Assembly: GCA_964035575.1 (NCBI GenBank)
Contig: OZ037838.1
Coordinates: forward strand, 310,001 to 374,000
Length of the DNA stretch: 64,000 nt
Origin: Rhynchopus sp. YZ270_cl-10
Taxonomy: Eukaryota
Direction of reading: 5' to 3'
The position numbers were made by a program, and so were the translations under genes. This document shows, piece by piece, positions 21,311-33,349 of the stretch. The notes under the pieces are model-generated. The model was not told the DNA's origin, did no database searches, and saw only the letters and a program-made list of their open reading frames with translations. Position 1 is the first letter of the stretch. Each line of letters starts with the position of its first letter.

Positions 21311-22367
21311 ATATGGGAGCGTCCGCGAAAGACCCCCCCCTAAAGCTAACATCCATGCTTATTGGTATTTCACTAATTAAAATTTTGGTATTTTATAAGA
21401 TTTTTTTTTTAAATGAACTCAGAGTTAAGTTTCTGAGTTCATTAAAAAAAAAATCGGTGAAAAATTCCGAGTAGGTATTAATTTAGATAGGAAAAGCTAT
21501 GTCAACAGCTATGTGTCCCCTTATTTTACCTGTAAATACTAAGGATATACAAGGAAATCCTCACAAACACCCATATAACCACCCACAGAACAACACAACA
21601 GGGGGAAATGGAATCAGCAGCCAAAGCATTCGCTCAGGAGCTGAAAACCCGGCCTTTCCGAGGCCTAAAAAACTTCGCCGAGCTGCAGGTGTATGCAGGG
21701 GTTCACTGGCAGGGGGGCAAAGGGTGGGACGCGAGGAGCTGGATGCGCGAGGTGTGGAGCTCGAAGCATATGTCTCTCCATATGCAGAAGAGAACCACCA
21801 GGAGAAAAGGGGTGTCCGCCGTTTACTACTCCTGTAGTTGCATCACCGGCACCCCAGGAGGACAATGAGAGCGAGACGGAGGAGGAACAGGAGGAACAGG
21901 AGGACAATTGTCTGTAACTCTTGGAGAGACTCATCACAGAGGTCAATAGGGTCACTCAAAAAAGGGGGGTTTCTGCGAGAAAGTCGACATCGCCGCAGAC
22001 GACCCGGATCGTGAAGCTCTTTCGCACTCTATTTAGAGTGTTCGGAGGGGGCGACAAGCCTCCACCCCCCTTTCCTCCCCCCCCTTTTTGATAATGGGTT
22101 TAGAGACAGATATTAGTGAATTCCTTCCTATATCCTTAGTATTCACAGGTAAAATAAGGGGACACATAGCTGTTGACATAGCTTTTCCTATTTAAATTAA
22201 TACCTACTCGGAATTTTTCACCGATTTTTTTTTTAATGAACTCAGAAACTTAACTCTGAGTTCATTTTAAAAAAAAATCTTATAAAATACCAAAATTCTA
22301 ATTAGTGAAATACCAATAAGCATGGATGTTAGCTTTAGGGGGGGGTCTTTCGCGGACGCTGCCATAT
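21311..22367. repeat. ~240-bp near-perfect inverted repeat pair (21311-21549 / 22130-22367) inside the piggyBac element
   Basis: Direct reverse-complement match by eye; encloses an ~580-bp GC-richer segment. Confidence 0.9.
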
Positions 22368-23942
22368 ATATATCCTCTTGGTCCATAAAGGGTTAAAACA
22401 CTGGTACAACAAGCACTCGGAGAAGGGTAAAAAATACAACACCCATCAATGAAAAGTAAAAGCAACATTGCCCCTCACTTTTTGGCGCCCATCTTGCAGG
22501 TCTTATACAGTTGAAACAAAAACAGGCCGGACACCTTAGAAGGTTTGGGCCAAACTGTATCGGGAGTTTTTCAGGAATTTTTGAATTTTTTTTATTTCGA
22601 AAAATTTGACAAAAATGGAAGAACACAGTACAACAATGGTACTGTCAACCCCAATACAACACTCCACGTTTTAGCTTATTTTTTTTCAAAAAAAAAAAAA
22701 GTTTCAAAACTGTTGTCAATAAAATGGAATTCAGCCCTCCGCTGTTGAGGCAATGTCATTTTGGGAGCTTCGAGAGTGAACAAAAAAGAGTATTTCAACA
22801 TTTCAATAAATAACCAAGGAAAAGGGATCAACGAAAAAATGTTCCATGACCAAAAATGGTAAGGTAAAACTAATTCTCGACACGCTTAGCCTACCTTAAC
22901 AAATCCGGGTTTTCTAGGCGAAGAGACACTCCCTCCGCTTGCCTCCTCGCCAGAAAAAAGAACACATTTTTGTTTCGTTTGAACGACGTTTGGGGAGAAA
23001 AAGGGGAGATGGGTAAGTGAGCTTTCCAGTTACGTTCAGAAAAATGGAATTGCTCGTTGTACCACTCAAATGTGGGTCAGAGGATGACGAAAGGAAGACA
23101 GGAAAGAAAAAAAATCAGACCACTGTGGGTTTTGATTGTTCTCTCAAAAAAATTTTTGAGAAAAAAATAAAGTAAAAGAAGAGAAAAAGGTTCGTCATAT
23201 GAACCTGAAGCTACCAGATGATACGGGCCTGTTGAAGCAGAGACACACCAATGTTGAATGGCAACCATGAAAGACAGAGTTCCGTGCACACTTCTTCTTC
23301 ACCATGTTTTCTTCTCCACCATGTTTTTGTGGCAGCTGTGTGTAAACCTACAGAGCAATTGTACATTCGGTGATTCACGTGACACGATTTGTCACGTCTA
23401 TCACCACATTCGCTGTGTAATGCAGGCGGAAAGTCACGGCGTGGTCCTTCAATAAAATGCAAGGAAAATGCACCTAAAGTTAGGTTGCATCGATAACATC
23501 ATGTCAAAAAAAAAGTGCATGGTTTGAACTTCTGCACAAAAAATCAAAAAAAAATCTCAAAATATGAATGCGTTTTTTCAGTCAGAAAATAAAAAGACGT
23601 TTTTTTGTGCGAGTTGATCAAAAAAAAAAAGGGTAAATAAAGCAAGGGGACTCAAAACGCACACAGCTCTAAATAAAAAAACATACCAGAAAGAGTGAAT
23701 CACAGTGAATTCTGTATGCCTTTTTTTTTGAGGATGCATTTTCCCCTCACTTTAAATGGTGTTCACATGCTAAAGAGACAAGATGTTCAATTTTTTTCTT
23801 TCTTCTTTTTTTGATAAATTGTTGGAATAGTGTAGTTGCCACAGTTGTGCAACATCCACTTTTTTTTTCTTCCAAATTTTGGTTCGGTTTGCAACCATTT
23901 CAAAGCGCACGCAAATCAAAAGCGTCACGCAGAATCACATTC

Positions 23943-24947
23943 TCAATGCTGCTTCGCAAAGTCCGGTGTTTCCCCTTGCTCCGCCCACTCTGCCTTCTTT
24001 GCGAGATAGCCTTCGTAGCCCCCCTGCTTCTCGAAGGCAGCCATGGTGCCTAGCATGGAATCAATCCACTGGGTCGCAAAGTTGCCGGAGTTCACTGTGT
24101 GGTGGAAGTCGTGGAAGATGGCTGCAGAGGCGTGGGTGAGGCCTAGCTTATGCGGGAGGGTGTTGTAGAATGAGTACCCTGAATGGGATTCGTACGTGAA
24201 GGCCAGACGAATCACTATCCACATGTGGAACAGAATTGGGTGCGGACGTGACAACAGCACACCTGCCACAGTCGGCAGCAAGTTGCCAAACGCCATTTCC
24301 AAAAGCCCTGCATATTCAGCAGCAATGCCAACCGAAGCCACGAACTGATGATGCTGCTTGTGGAAGCGGTACAGACTAGCATAGTGCAGCCACTTATGTG
24401 TGAAGTAAAACCCCACCGTGTTCGCAAGTGTCGCCGCACAGTACGTCCCTGCCATAGTCACAAATGATGGTAGCGCACCGTCAAATCCAGGCAGGAAAAT
24501 ACTTTTCGTGAGATCCGCTGTGTCATACAGGAAGTAGACCCACACAACAGTGGAGAGCTGCGCCACAGCAGCGAGGCGGAGGGTTTTGGCAAGGAGGCCG
24601 GGTGGGTTCACCATGGACTTCCGCCGTGGGAGTTTGTACTGTGCGAGCCAGCCGTTTGTGTCAAGGGCATGGAAGAAGCCGTTGATGACCACGTATGGAA
24701 TGACACGGCAGAAGAACGTCCAAAAGACGAAGAGCGCAGCGTCGTTGAAGCCGTGCACCTCCCGCAGCCACACACTGCAGGCAACGTAGTACGGGTGCAC
24801 CAGAAGCGTCGCTGCAGCCAGCAGGATGGGCATCCGTGTGCACTGCAGCAAAAACAGACGCAACGCTTCGGAGGTCGTACCACGAAACTCCTTCGGCACT
24901 TCGTTCAGAGCACGACCCTCCTGCCTGGGTCCTTTCCGAATACACAT
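23943..24947 (-). CDS. Fatty-acid hydroxylase/sterol desaturase superfamily protein, ERG25/SC4MOL (C4-methylsterol oxidase)-like, copy 1
   Basis: His boxes HKWLH, HKQHH, HDFHH plus AAEYA and YESHSGY; first ATG 24947 downstream of a TTTACAG acceptor-like site. Confidence 0.88.
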   Translation of the reverse strand: MCIRKGPRQEGRALNEVPKEFRGTTSEALRLFLLQCTRMPILLAAATLLVHPYYVACSVWLREVHGFNDAALFVFWTFFCRVIPYVVINGFFHALDTNGWLAQYKLPRRKSMVNPPGLLAKTLRLAAVAQLSTVVWVYFLYDTADLTKSIFLPGFDGALPSFVTMAGTYCAATLANTVGFYFTHKWLHYASLYRFHKQHHQFVASVGIAAEYAGLLEMAFGNLLPTVAGVLLSRPHPILFHMWIVIRLAFTYESHSGYSFYNTLPHKLGLTHASAAIFHDFHHTVNSGNFATQWIDSMLGTMAAFEKQGGYEGYLAKKAEWAEQGETPDFAKQH

Positions 24948-26536
24948 TGTTAGTTGTTTTGGTGTAAGCACTGTAAATTGGAGGGTGAAGAAAAAAGGTT
25001 ACGAAAATAAAACCAATACAGGAGGGGTGAGAAAAATGGGGATAACTTTTTTTTATAACACAACAGAAGAAATATTCTAAATGGTTGTGTAGATTTGGTT
25101 CGCCTAGTATAGTTGCGTTGTTCCCCCCTCCAACTCCGGAACCGTTTACACAAGCCATCCACAACCCTCTTCGTTGTGGCTGTCTGTACAAAATCACCCT
25201 TTGCGCCACGTTGTGTGTGGCATATACTTGCAGGCCTCTTTGGTTCGCCAGAGTTGAAGGACGGGAGTGACACCTTGGAGCTACACGACGACGGTTAAAT
25301 CATAAAATGACTTGACTTGTTGGTGGGATGCCGAGTGGGTGCCAGAGGGGGAAGAGCTGAAAGATAAGACACTACACATGCCGAGGAACTCAACGTGTGT
25401 AGTGTAGAAGGGTATAGTCTATGAAAAAAAGAGGAGGATGTCAACAATATGAATTCAATAAAATTGATAGCATAGGAGGAGGGATCAACAAAATCTTAAC
25501 GTACACTCTCTGTTGATTCTGAAACGGGAGGGTAAAAAAAGCGCGAAAGGTAAATTGGGGAAGAGGTTGAAAAGTTGGAACGCTTCCTCACCCCCAGATC
25601 AACAAAAAATATTCCCATCTTTTTTAGGAGGATAACAAAACTGCAAAAAGAGACAGGAAACGATTTGGAAACAAAAAAAAAAAAGAGAAGTTGAAAAGTG
25701 CAAACGCCTCACCGTTCATCCGCAGGCACTAAAAAAAGGGGTGAAGTAAAAAGTTGTGGATAATTTTTTCCTATTTGTGGCACCAAAGAAAAAAAGAAAA
25801 AGAATTTGGGCGAGTCCTGAGGAGGGTATTGTAGGGTTATGTATTGTTTACTTTTTGATAGTTTTTGTATTGATACACTGTGGCTAGGGGTATGGGGATA
25901 GGTTCGCTGGGATAGCATATTTGGGGATAGCATATGCCATCCCCCAGGGGATAGCATAACCTATCCCCGGGGATAGGTTATGCTATCCCCCTGGGATAGG
26001 TTATTTCAGGATAACCTATCCCCCTGGGATAGCATTTGACTGTACTTTACTAAGGATCTGCGTGCTGGGGACACAAAAATTTAGTATCCCCACCCAGGTG
26101 CCCATTTGTCACCTTCCCACCCCTTAAAAAAATACAAAATAATGGGGGGATTCGGGTGCCCAAATAATCCTATGCACAAAAAATGAAGCGGGGGGGGGAA
26201 AGGGATAAATAATTTTATTTCCCCCACCCAACAACAATGATAAAGCGTAACGACAACAAATAAAAGCAAATAGGAATTTGTGGTTTTTGTGAGGCACTCA
26301 ACGAAGTGTGCCGGCTCTGTGGAGACACGGAGCCACCAGCACTCCCCAGTCTTTTTTCCGGAAGTACCTGGAAAACTCGCGGTTGCGACCAGGCAAACGA
26401 AAAAATTCAAGAGAATTCAAGAGAAATGCAAAAAATTCCAGCTTCATCTGTGGGTGCGACGTTCTGCGGGCCTCCAGACATTAGGTGTTATAATTATTCT
26501 TGTTGCCACTCATCACCATCAGAATAACACCACAAA

Positions 26537-26989
26537 ATGTCTGGAAGCCCGCAGAACGTCGCACCCACAGATGAAGCTGGAATTCCAAAACAAAAAGACC
26601 TCTTCGCAGACTTCTTCAAGCTGTACGTGCTTCCTGCACCCAAACACAGCATCCACGTGACGGACCTCAGGGAACTGATCCGAAAGGTATTCCCCAAGCA
26701 CTTCGGCAACCTTTCTGACGTAACGCCAACTGTCACATCCGCGATTAAGTCTGCACACAAGAAGGTCAAGGATAACTTGACAAAAAATGAGCACGAAGCA
26801 CTTATGGCAGATGGGAGCGATGCGTGGCTCTACCGGTCCAAGAACGGTGCCCCCTGTGTCCTCTATGGAATGGATATTCGCAAGGAGCCAACCAACCACA
26901 TGAAGACTACCTCCGCATACATCCACATTAGGAAGTCCCAGATGAATTACAAAGATCAAAAAAGGACACTGAACCGATCAAGAGCCTGA
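26537..26989 (+). CDS. Transposon-borne ORF1 (150 aa), possible winged-helix DNA-binding protein; C-terminus probably a deletion junction
   Basis: ATG ORF inside the TIR element, opposite to host genes; LFADFFKLYVLPAPKHSIHVTDLRELIRKVF pattern. Confidence 0.5.
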   Translation: MSGSPQNVAPTDEAGIPKQKDLFADFFKLYVLPAPKHSIHVTDLRELIRKVFPKHFGNLSDVTPTVTSAIKSAHKKVKDNLTKNEHEALMADGSDAWLYRSKNGAPCVLYGMDIRKEPTNHMKTTSAYIHIRKSQMNYKDQKRTLNRSRA

Positions 26990-27702
26990 CAGGGAAGCAG
27001 GCGCATATTGCCCTGACCAACCTGTGCATGCAGGCAAAAGATGTTCAGCTCCAGATTGCGCTCTGTATGCAGGCACTCTCGTACTTTAAGTACCAGAATA
27101 TATCGTGCCACTTTCATGCAAACGGAAGCTGCAAAAAGGAGTTTCTTTTTTCTCTTGTTCTGTACCACGCACTCATCTTTTCTCTTGAGTGGGTGGCTGC
27201 AGGGGTGACAATGGGGAAGGGATACACATATTTTCACAGCATGTCCCACTGGTTTGATCCAGAGGACGCTGTGCCTGTCTGGGCATCAGACGAAATGGGG
27301 GAGCAAGGGAACAGCACGAGAAAGCTCTCAGCTGGACGGGTTGGGTCGGGGAAACAGTTTGAGAGGGGACAACACCGCTTTGAATCGGCGAGGAAAAAAA
27401 GTTTCAAAAAAATACCCACTCCTTCGCAAAAAGAAGACGACGTACCGCGCATATTTGCCTACAGTTATTTAAAAATTTGCAAGCGTTGTTTCACACGCAA
27501 CAATACGTGGAGAACGAACTTGGATTATCTGGTGCAGCGAGTGAAGAGATGCGGATTCGACGGTCATGTGACGACTCAGGAGGGAACTAACGACATTTTG
27601 TTCAGTGCTGACTCTAATAACCATCAGTGCTTCAAACTGTGTGTGTGTGGCAAAAGAAAATGGGACATACCTTCACGAGCTTCCGAATACATAAGTGAGT
27701 GA
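26932..27702 (+). pseudogene. C-terminal half of a Transib/RAG1-like DDE transposase
   Basis: Frame open from 26932: SLTGKQAHIAL ... GKGYTYFHSMSH ... WASDEMGEQGNSTRK, comparable to RAG1 MNGNFARKL ... GKITNYFHKTLAH ... WASEGNESGNKLFR. Confidence 0.6.
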
Positions 27703-29390
27703 GGAGTTCCACAAATGGGATGAAAAGGGGGTAGGGGGAGCCTTTTCTCTTTTTCTGTGTTTAACAATGTAAACCCAAAACGACCCCCTCTTTTGACGAT
27801 TTTGATTTTACAGCTTTTTAGCTTTTTTCCCTGTGTTACCTTTTGAACTTTTGTGTGATTTTTATTGTGTGAAATGCTTGTTTTTTTTATCCGCATCCTT
27901 TTTTATTTATTTATCCCTTTCCCCCCCCCGCTTCATTTTTTGTGCATAGGATTATTTGGGCACCCGAATCCCCCCATTATTTTGTATTTTTTTAAGGGGT
28001 GGGAAGGTGACAAATGGGCACCTGGGTGGGGATACTAAATTTTTGTGTCCCCAGCACGCAGATCCTTAGTAAAGTACAGTCAAATGCTATCCCAGGGGGA
28101 TAGGTTATCCTGAAATAACCTATCCCAGGGGGATAGCATAACCTATCCCCGGGGATAGGTTATGCTATCCCCTGGGGGATGGCATATGCTATCCCCAAAT
28201 ATGCTATCCCAGCGAACCTATCCCCATACCCCTAGCCACAGTGTATTGTGCTGAATCGACACAAAAAAAACAAAACTTGTTTCATATACATTCTTTTTCT
28301 AATGAAAAGACAAAACTAAAACAAAAGAAAAGTTTGTAAGATGAACGTAAGCCTCTCGTGCTTAGTCACCTTGTCATAATAAAACACTACTACCAAGGGA
28401 AAATGTGGGATTTCATGGGGTAAACCCAAGCATGCTAAAGACGGAAACAACAACAAAAATAAAACTAACAAAAAGGTTGTAGCCGTATAGCTTTTACTAA
28501 CGTAAAAATTGGTCCATAAAAAAAAATATCCCAAAAGGGCCATGATAATTCTAGTCAATGTTTTTTCTGGTCCATATTTGGGTGATCTATGATCGTCTCC
28601 GTGAGACACGTAACAGGCGTGTGAGAGCTTACTGAGAGCTAGTGAAAAAAATATCTCCCCGTCCATAGATCACCCAATATTTTTTTCGAAAGACGGTAAT
28701 AATAAAACCTCAACAAGGCTCAACCTGCCACATAGTGGAGGGGGGGAGATGTGTGCTGCCTGAGTAATCCCCTCGAAACACGTGGCAAAATGGTGAGGCG
28801 CTTCCATAAAACGCAACCCAGAGTAATAACACACACAAACTCGTTGAGAAACAAACACCAATGAGACCCAAAGGCTCTCTTCTTACTCGTATGCTACAGG
28901 CAAGGGTGAACTAAACGTAAAAAACTCAATTAACGCGAAACGTTTCGAAAACGACAGAAACTCGTTTTCAAGTATAAAAAAAAAGACACAATCATGGTAG
29001 GAAGAACTGCACTCAACCCTTTTCCACACAACCCGTTTCGCTTGGGAACCCCTGTCCCTGGGGTACAACGCTCAAATTGTGGAGAGGAGAAAGGCGTGGT
29101 CCAACTTGTGTTGCATAGCAATATTTATGAAAGAGGGTGGGGAGAGGTGCTCAAATGCCGTCGTGTGTGTACAATATACAGTAGGACAAGCAAAAATAAT
29201 GGCGACCAAAAAAGCCTCCAATTGCAAGAAATCCCCCAAAATTCGCCAATACTATTTGGTCGCCAAGTTTCTTGTCCAACTGTAAGCAATGTAATGTAGC
29301 TTTCCCTGTTCAGCCGTGGAATCGGGCTTGAACTCTGAAGGAAGAAGGGAACATTTAGTCTTCCTCAAGTCTGTTGGTGACACGGGGTGA

Positions 29391-29536
29391 GAGTGGATGG
29401 GAGAGGATGGGAGAGGATGGGAGAGGATGGGAGAGGATGGGAGAGGATGGGAGAGGATGGGAGAGGATGGGAGAGGATGGGAGAGGATGGGAGAGGATGG
29501 GAGAGGATGGGAGAGGATGGGAGAGGATGGGAGAGG
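29391..29536. repeat. 10-bp tandem repeat (gagaggatgg) x ~14.5
   Basis: Direct reading. Confidence 0.97.
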
Positions 29537-29941
29537 GGAAAACAAAGTTGGCTTGAAATACAACAGCCCCGCTTGCAGTGTACCTTGGTGCAATGACCGG
29601 CGCGGGGTGGACCCCCTGACCAAAACAAAATTAGTTTCATCTTCTAGGGTTCTTGGATCTTTTGTGGATTCGCGCCTAAGAAGAGAAAGTGTAAGGAGGT
29701 TATCATGTCCATGTCTAAGCTTACTACAAACAAAGAGTTGATAGGTGCTAGAAACACATCTCAGTCGAGAAACAAAAGAAAAGTGAAATTGATATTGTGC
29801 AAACGCTTCTGGGACAGCAGGCACTGAAAAACAGTTTACGAAATTGAAGCTCGGCCCTTGCTGAGTTACTTTTGATAATTTAAAGGGGAACAAAAATATG
29901 ACAAACAAAACAGTTTTTGATGCATTTTTTTCATCTTGGTA

Positions 29942-30934
29942 TTACTGCTGCTTCGCAAAGTCCGGTGTTTCCCCTTGCTCCGCCCACTCTGCCTTCTTTG
30001 CGAGATAGCCTTCGTAGCCCCCCTGCTTCTCGAAGGCAGACATGGTGCCTAGCATGGAATCAATCCACTGGGAGGAAAAGTTGCCGGAGTTCACTGTGTG
30101 GTGGAAGTCGTGGAAGATGGCTGCAGAGGCGTGGGTGAGGCCTAGCTTATGCGGGAGGGTGTTGTAGAATGAGTACCCTGAATGGGATTCGTACGTAATA
30201 ATGAGACGCATCACGACCCACACATGGAACAGCAGCGGATGTGGAAACGCTATCAGAACACCCACAAGACTCGGCAGCACATTTCCAAAAATGATCTCCA
30301 ATGTATGCGCATATTCAGCCGCGAACCCTATTGTCGCCACATACTCATGATGCTGTTTATGGTACTTTGCGTACAGCCTTGCATTGTGCAGCCACTTATG
30401 TGTGAAGTAAAACCCCACCGTATTACCAATCGTCGCCGTACAGTACGTCCCTGCCATAGTCGCAAATGATGGTAGCGCACCGTCAAATCCAGGAAGGAAA
30501 ATACTTTTCGTGAGATCCGCGTAATCGTACAGGAAGTAGACCCACACAACAGTGGTCAGCTGTGATACTGCAGCCTGGCGGAGGGTTTTGACGAGGAGGC
30601 CAGGTGGGTTCACCATGGACTTCCGCCGTGGGAGTTTGTACTGTGCGAGCCAGCCGTTTGTGTCAAGGGCATGGAAGAAGCCGTTGATGACCACGTATGG
30701 AATGGCATGACAGAAGAAACCCCAAAAGACGAAGAGCGCAGCGTCGTTGAAGCCGTGCACCTCCCGCAGCCACACACTGCAGGCAACGTAGTACGGGTGC
30801 ACCAGAAGCGTCGCTGCTGCCAGAAGGATGGGCATCCGTGTGCACTGCACCAAAAACAGACGCAACGCTTCGGAGGTCGTACCACGAAACTCCTTCGGTA
30901 CATCACTTTCCTTCATTTCCTGTAAAACACCCAT
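29942..30934 (-). CDS. ERG25/SC4MOL-like sterol oxidase/hydroxylase, copy 2
   Basis: Same His boxes; different N-terminus (start may be the second Met, ~30916). Confidence 0.88.
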   Translation of the reverse strand: MGVLQEMKESDVPKEFRGTTSEALRLFLVQCTRMPILLAAATLLVHPYYVACSVWLREVHGFNDAALFVFWGFFCHAIPYVVINGFFHALDTNGWLAQYKLPRRKSMVNPPGLLVKTLRQAAVSQLTTVVWVYFLYDYADLTKSIFLPGFDGALPSFATMAGTYCTATIGNTVGFYFTHKWLHNARLYAKYHKQHHEYVATIGFAAEYAHTLEIIFGNVLPSLVGVLIAFPHPLLFHVWVVMRLIITYESHSGYSFYNTLPHKLGLTHASAAIFHDFHHTVNSGNFSSQWIDSMLGTMSAFEKQGGYEGYLAKKAEWAEQGETPDFAKQQ

Positions 30935-32341
30935 GGGCTATGCGAGTCGTGTGTTACACTGTGTACCACTTATTGTGTAGTGTACTGAAATAAAGATTGG
31001 TTTTTTGGTGAGCGAGGGAGAGAATAAAGCAAAAGGGTAAGGGATATTTACAACACACACCGGAGGGGTAAAAAATTGAGCTGGATTTTTTTTTTTTTTT
31101 GGGATTTTCAAAACTCAATAAGGAGGGGTTTTACCCCACCTCTGTTTGTCGAGCAGAATTTGTACGGTCCATGTATTGGTACGGTTACGGTAAAAAACAA
31201 AGAGGGATGGAGGGGTGGAAGCTTGAACGATGTCTGAAATGGCCACATCAGGCTTTTCCCTAAATCTGCCTCCCAAAATGCGGATTTGGGATTTTGGAAA
31301 TGCAGCACTTTTGTTTTTGCTGCATAGAAGTACGGTGGATTTTACAAGGAAAAGTGACTGAGAAAACAAAATGTGGGTGAACGTACATGACATGAAATTG
31401 TTCAAAAAACAAGCATTTTCGAAGAAAAGAAAGGCGCCATCATGTAACGGCTAAAATAGAAAAGGGAAATGACATAACTCACAGTGGAGAAATGTGCGGG
31501 GGGATAGGTAGGGGAGGTTGGGAGGAAGTGAAGCAGGGCAGGCGATAAGAGGAAAACGATGTAAAAAAAAAATATATATACCCCCGCCATCATGCCGTCA
31601 TCGTGCACAATCATCATGTGTCACGCACGAACCTGGTCGGGCTCAAAAACGCTACAAAATATTCAGCCCAAAAGAAGTTTTTTTCCCGAGAACTCATAAT
31701 ATTTCATATCTCTTGCCTGCTCTGGGAGTGAAAAAAAAAATAATCATTGAAAACCACTGGTACAGCACAAACACTCGGAGAAGGGAAAAATGCAAGAAAT
31801 AGTAAAATAGTGACACGTTGGGGCATATCAGAGGTTGCGTGTCGGGTTGTACCTGCACACTACTAACAAACCTCCTCCCGTAGTCGAATCGAAGCCGCAG
31901 GCCTCACGATAAAACATTTGGCGATATACCACATGAAAGAACAAGAGGGGATACACAATGATAAGATGCTAACCATGCACATGATGTAGCACACCCGTTG
32001 CGTGTGCAGGATATACCTGCACACTGCCAACTCCCGTAGTCGACCCGTGGTACTGCTCACGATGTGACTAAACACAAAACAAAAGCAAACGTTTTGGGAA
32101 ACGTTATTTGAAGAAAAAGGGTGGAATTTATAGTACGCTGTCGATAGCTATCCTCATACGCAGGAAAAAGCGGGAAACGAAACAGGGGTGAGTTTGCTCT
32201 CTGCACGCTTCCACCTAGGAGCACAAATGAGGGTGAAAACAGTTACAGCGACCGTAGCATTTCCCCTGTCTACTTCGTTTGACCTATAACATAAAACAAA
32301 ATACTCCCCCCACAAGGTCACCCGCTTCTGCTGTGCCCTTC

Positions 32342-33349
32342 TCAATGCTGCTTCGCAAAGTCCGGTGTTTCCCCTTGCTCCGCCCACTCTGCCTTCTTTG
32401 CGAGATAGCCTTCGTAGCCCCCCTGCTTCTCGAAGGCAGCCATGGTGCCCATCAGGGTATCAATCCACTGGGTCGCAAAGTTGCCGGAGTTCACTGTGTG
32501 GTGGAAGTCGTGGAAGATGGCTGCAGAGGCGTGGGTGAGGCCTAGCTTATGCGGGAGGGTGTTGTAGAATGAGTACCCACAGTGTGATTCGTACGTGACC
32601 ACCAGACGCATCGCAACCCACACATGGAACACCACTGGATGTGGACGCGACAACAACACTGCGAACACACTCGGCAGCAAATTTCCAAAAATGATCTCCA
32701 ATGTATGCGCATATTCAGCCGCGAACCCTATTGTCGCCACATACTCATGGTGCTGTTTATGGTACTTTGCGTACAGCCTTGCATTGTGCAGCCATTTATG
32801 TGTGAAGTAAAATACTACAGTGTTCCCAATGGTGCCCGCACAGTACGTCCCTGCCATAGTCACAAATGATGGTAGCGCACCGTCAAATCCAGGAAGGAAA
32901 ACCCACTTCGTGAGATCCACTGAATCATAGAAGAAGTAGACCCACACAACAGTGGTCAGCTGTGATACTGCAGCCTGGCGGAGGGTTTTGGCAAGGAGGC
33001 CAGGTGGGTTCACCATGGACTTCCGCCGTGGGAGTTTGTACTGTGCGAGCCAGCCGTTTGTGTCAAGGGCATGGAAGAAGCCGTTCACAACAATGTACGG
33101 AATAGCATGACAGAAGAAGGCCCAAAAGACGAAGAGCGCAGCGTCGTTGAAACCGTGCACCTCCCGCAGCCACACACTGCAGGCAACGTAGTACGGGTGC
33201 ACCAGAAGCGTCGCTGCAGCCAGCAGGATGGGCATCCGTGTGCACTGCAGCAAAAACAGACGCAACGCTTCGGAGGTCGTACCACGAAACTCCTTCGGCA
33301 CTTCGTTCAGAGCACGACCCTCCTGCCTGGGTCCTTTCCGAATACACAT
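32342..33349 (-). CDS. ERG25/SC4MOL-like sterol oxidase/hydroxylase, copy 3
   Basis: Same His boxes; first ATG 33349. Confidence 0.88.
   Translation of the reverse strand: MCIRKGPRQEGRALNEVPKEFRGTTSEALRLFLLQCTRMPILLAAATLLVHPYYVACSVWLREVHGFNDAALFVFWAFFCHAIPYIVVNGFFHALDTNGWLAQYKLPRRKSMVNPPGLLAKTLRQAAVSQLTTVVWVYFFYDSVDLTKWVFLPGFDGALPSFVTMAGTYCAGTIGNTVVFYFTHKWLHNARLYAKYHKQHHEYVATIGFAAEYAHTLEIIFGNLLPSVFAVLLSRPHPVVFHVWVAMRLVVTYESHCGYSFYNTLPHKLGLTHASAAIFHDFHHTVNSGNFATQWIDTLMGTMAAFEKQGGYEGYLAKKAEWAEQGETPDFAKQH

Larger units (their letters stand above)
20348..22392. mobile_element. Non-autonomous piggyBac-type DNA transposon (2045 bp)
   Basis: TTAA at 20344-20347 and 22393-22396; perfect 14-bp TIR ccctttatggacca / tggtccataaaggg. 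Confidence 0.9.
25876..28243. mobile_element. DNA transposon derivative with 337-bp TIRs beginning CACTGTG (Transib/CMC-like)
   Basis: 25876-26212 is the reverse complement of 27907-28243; TA on both flanks; TIRs rich in ggatagc/gctatcc motifs. Confidence 0.92.

Noticed and set aside
25876..25920. Complete 12/23 RSS
   Set aside because: Heptamer-like end only; no ACAAAAACC nonamer at 12 or 23 bp and the two ends are symmetric
29252..29908. ORFs with PSSPILSHPL or MGEDGRGWER repeats
   Set aside because: Artefacts of the 10-bp tandem repeat
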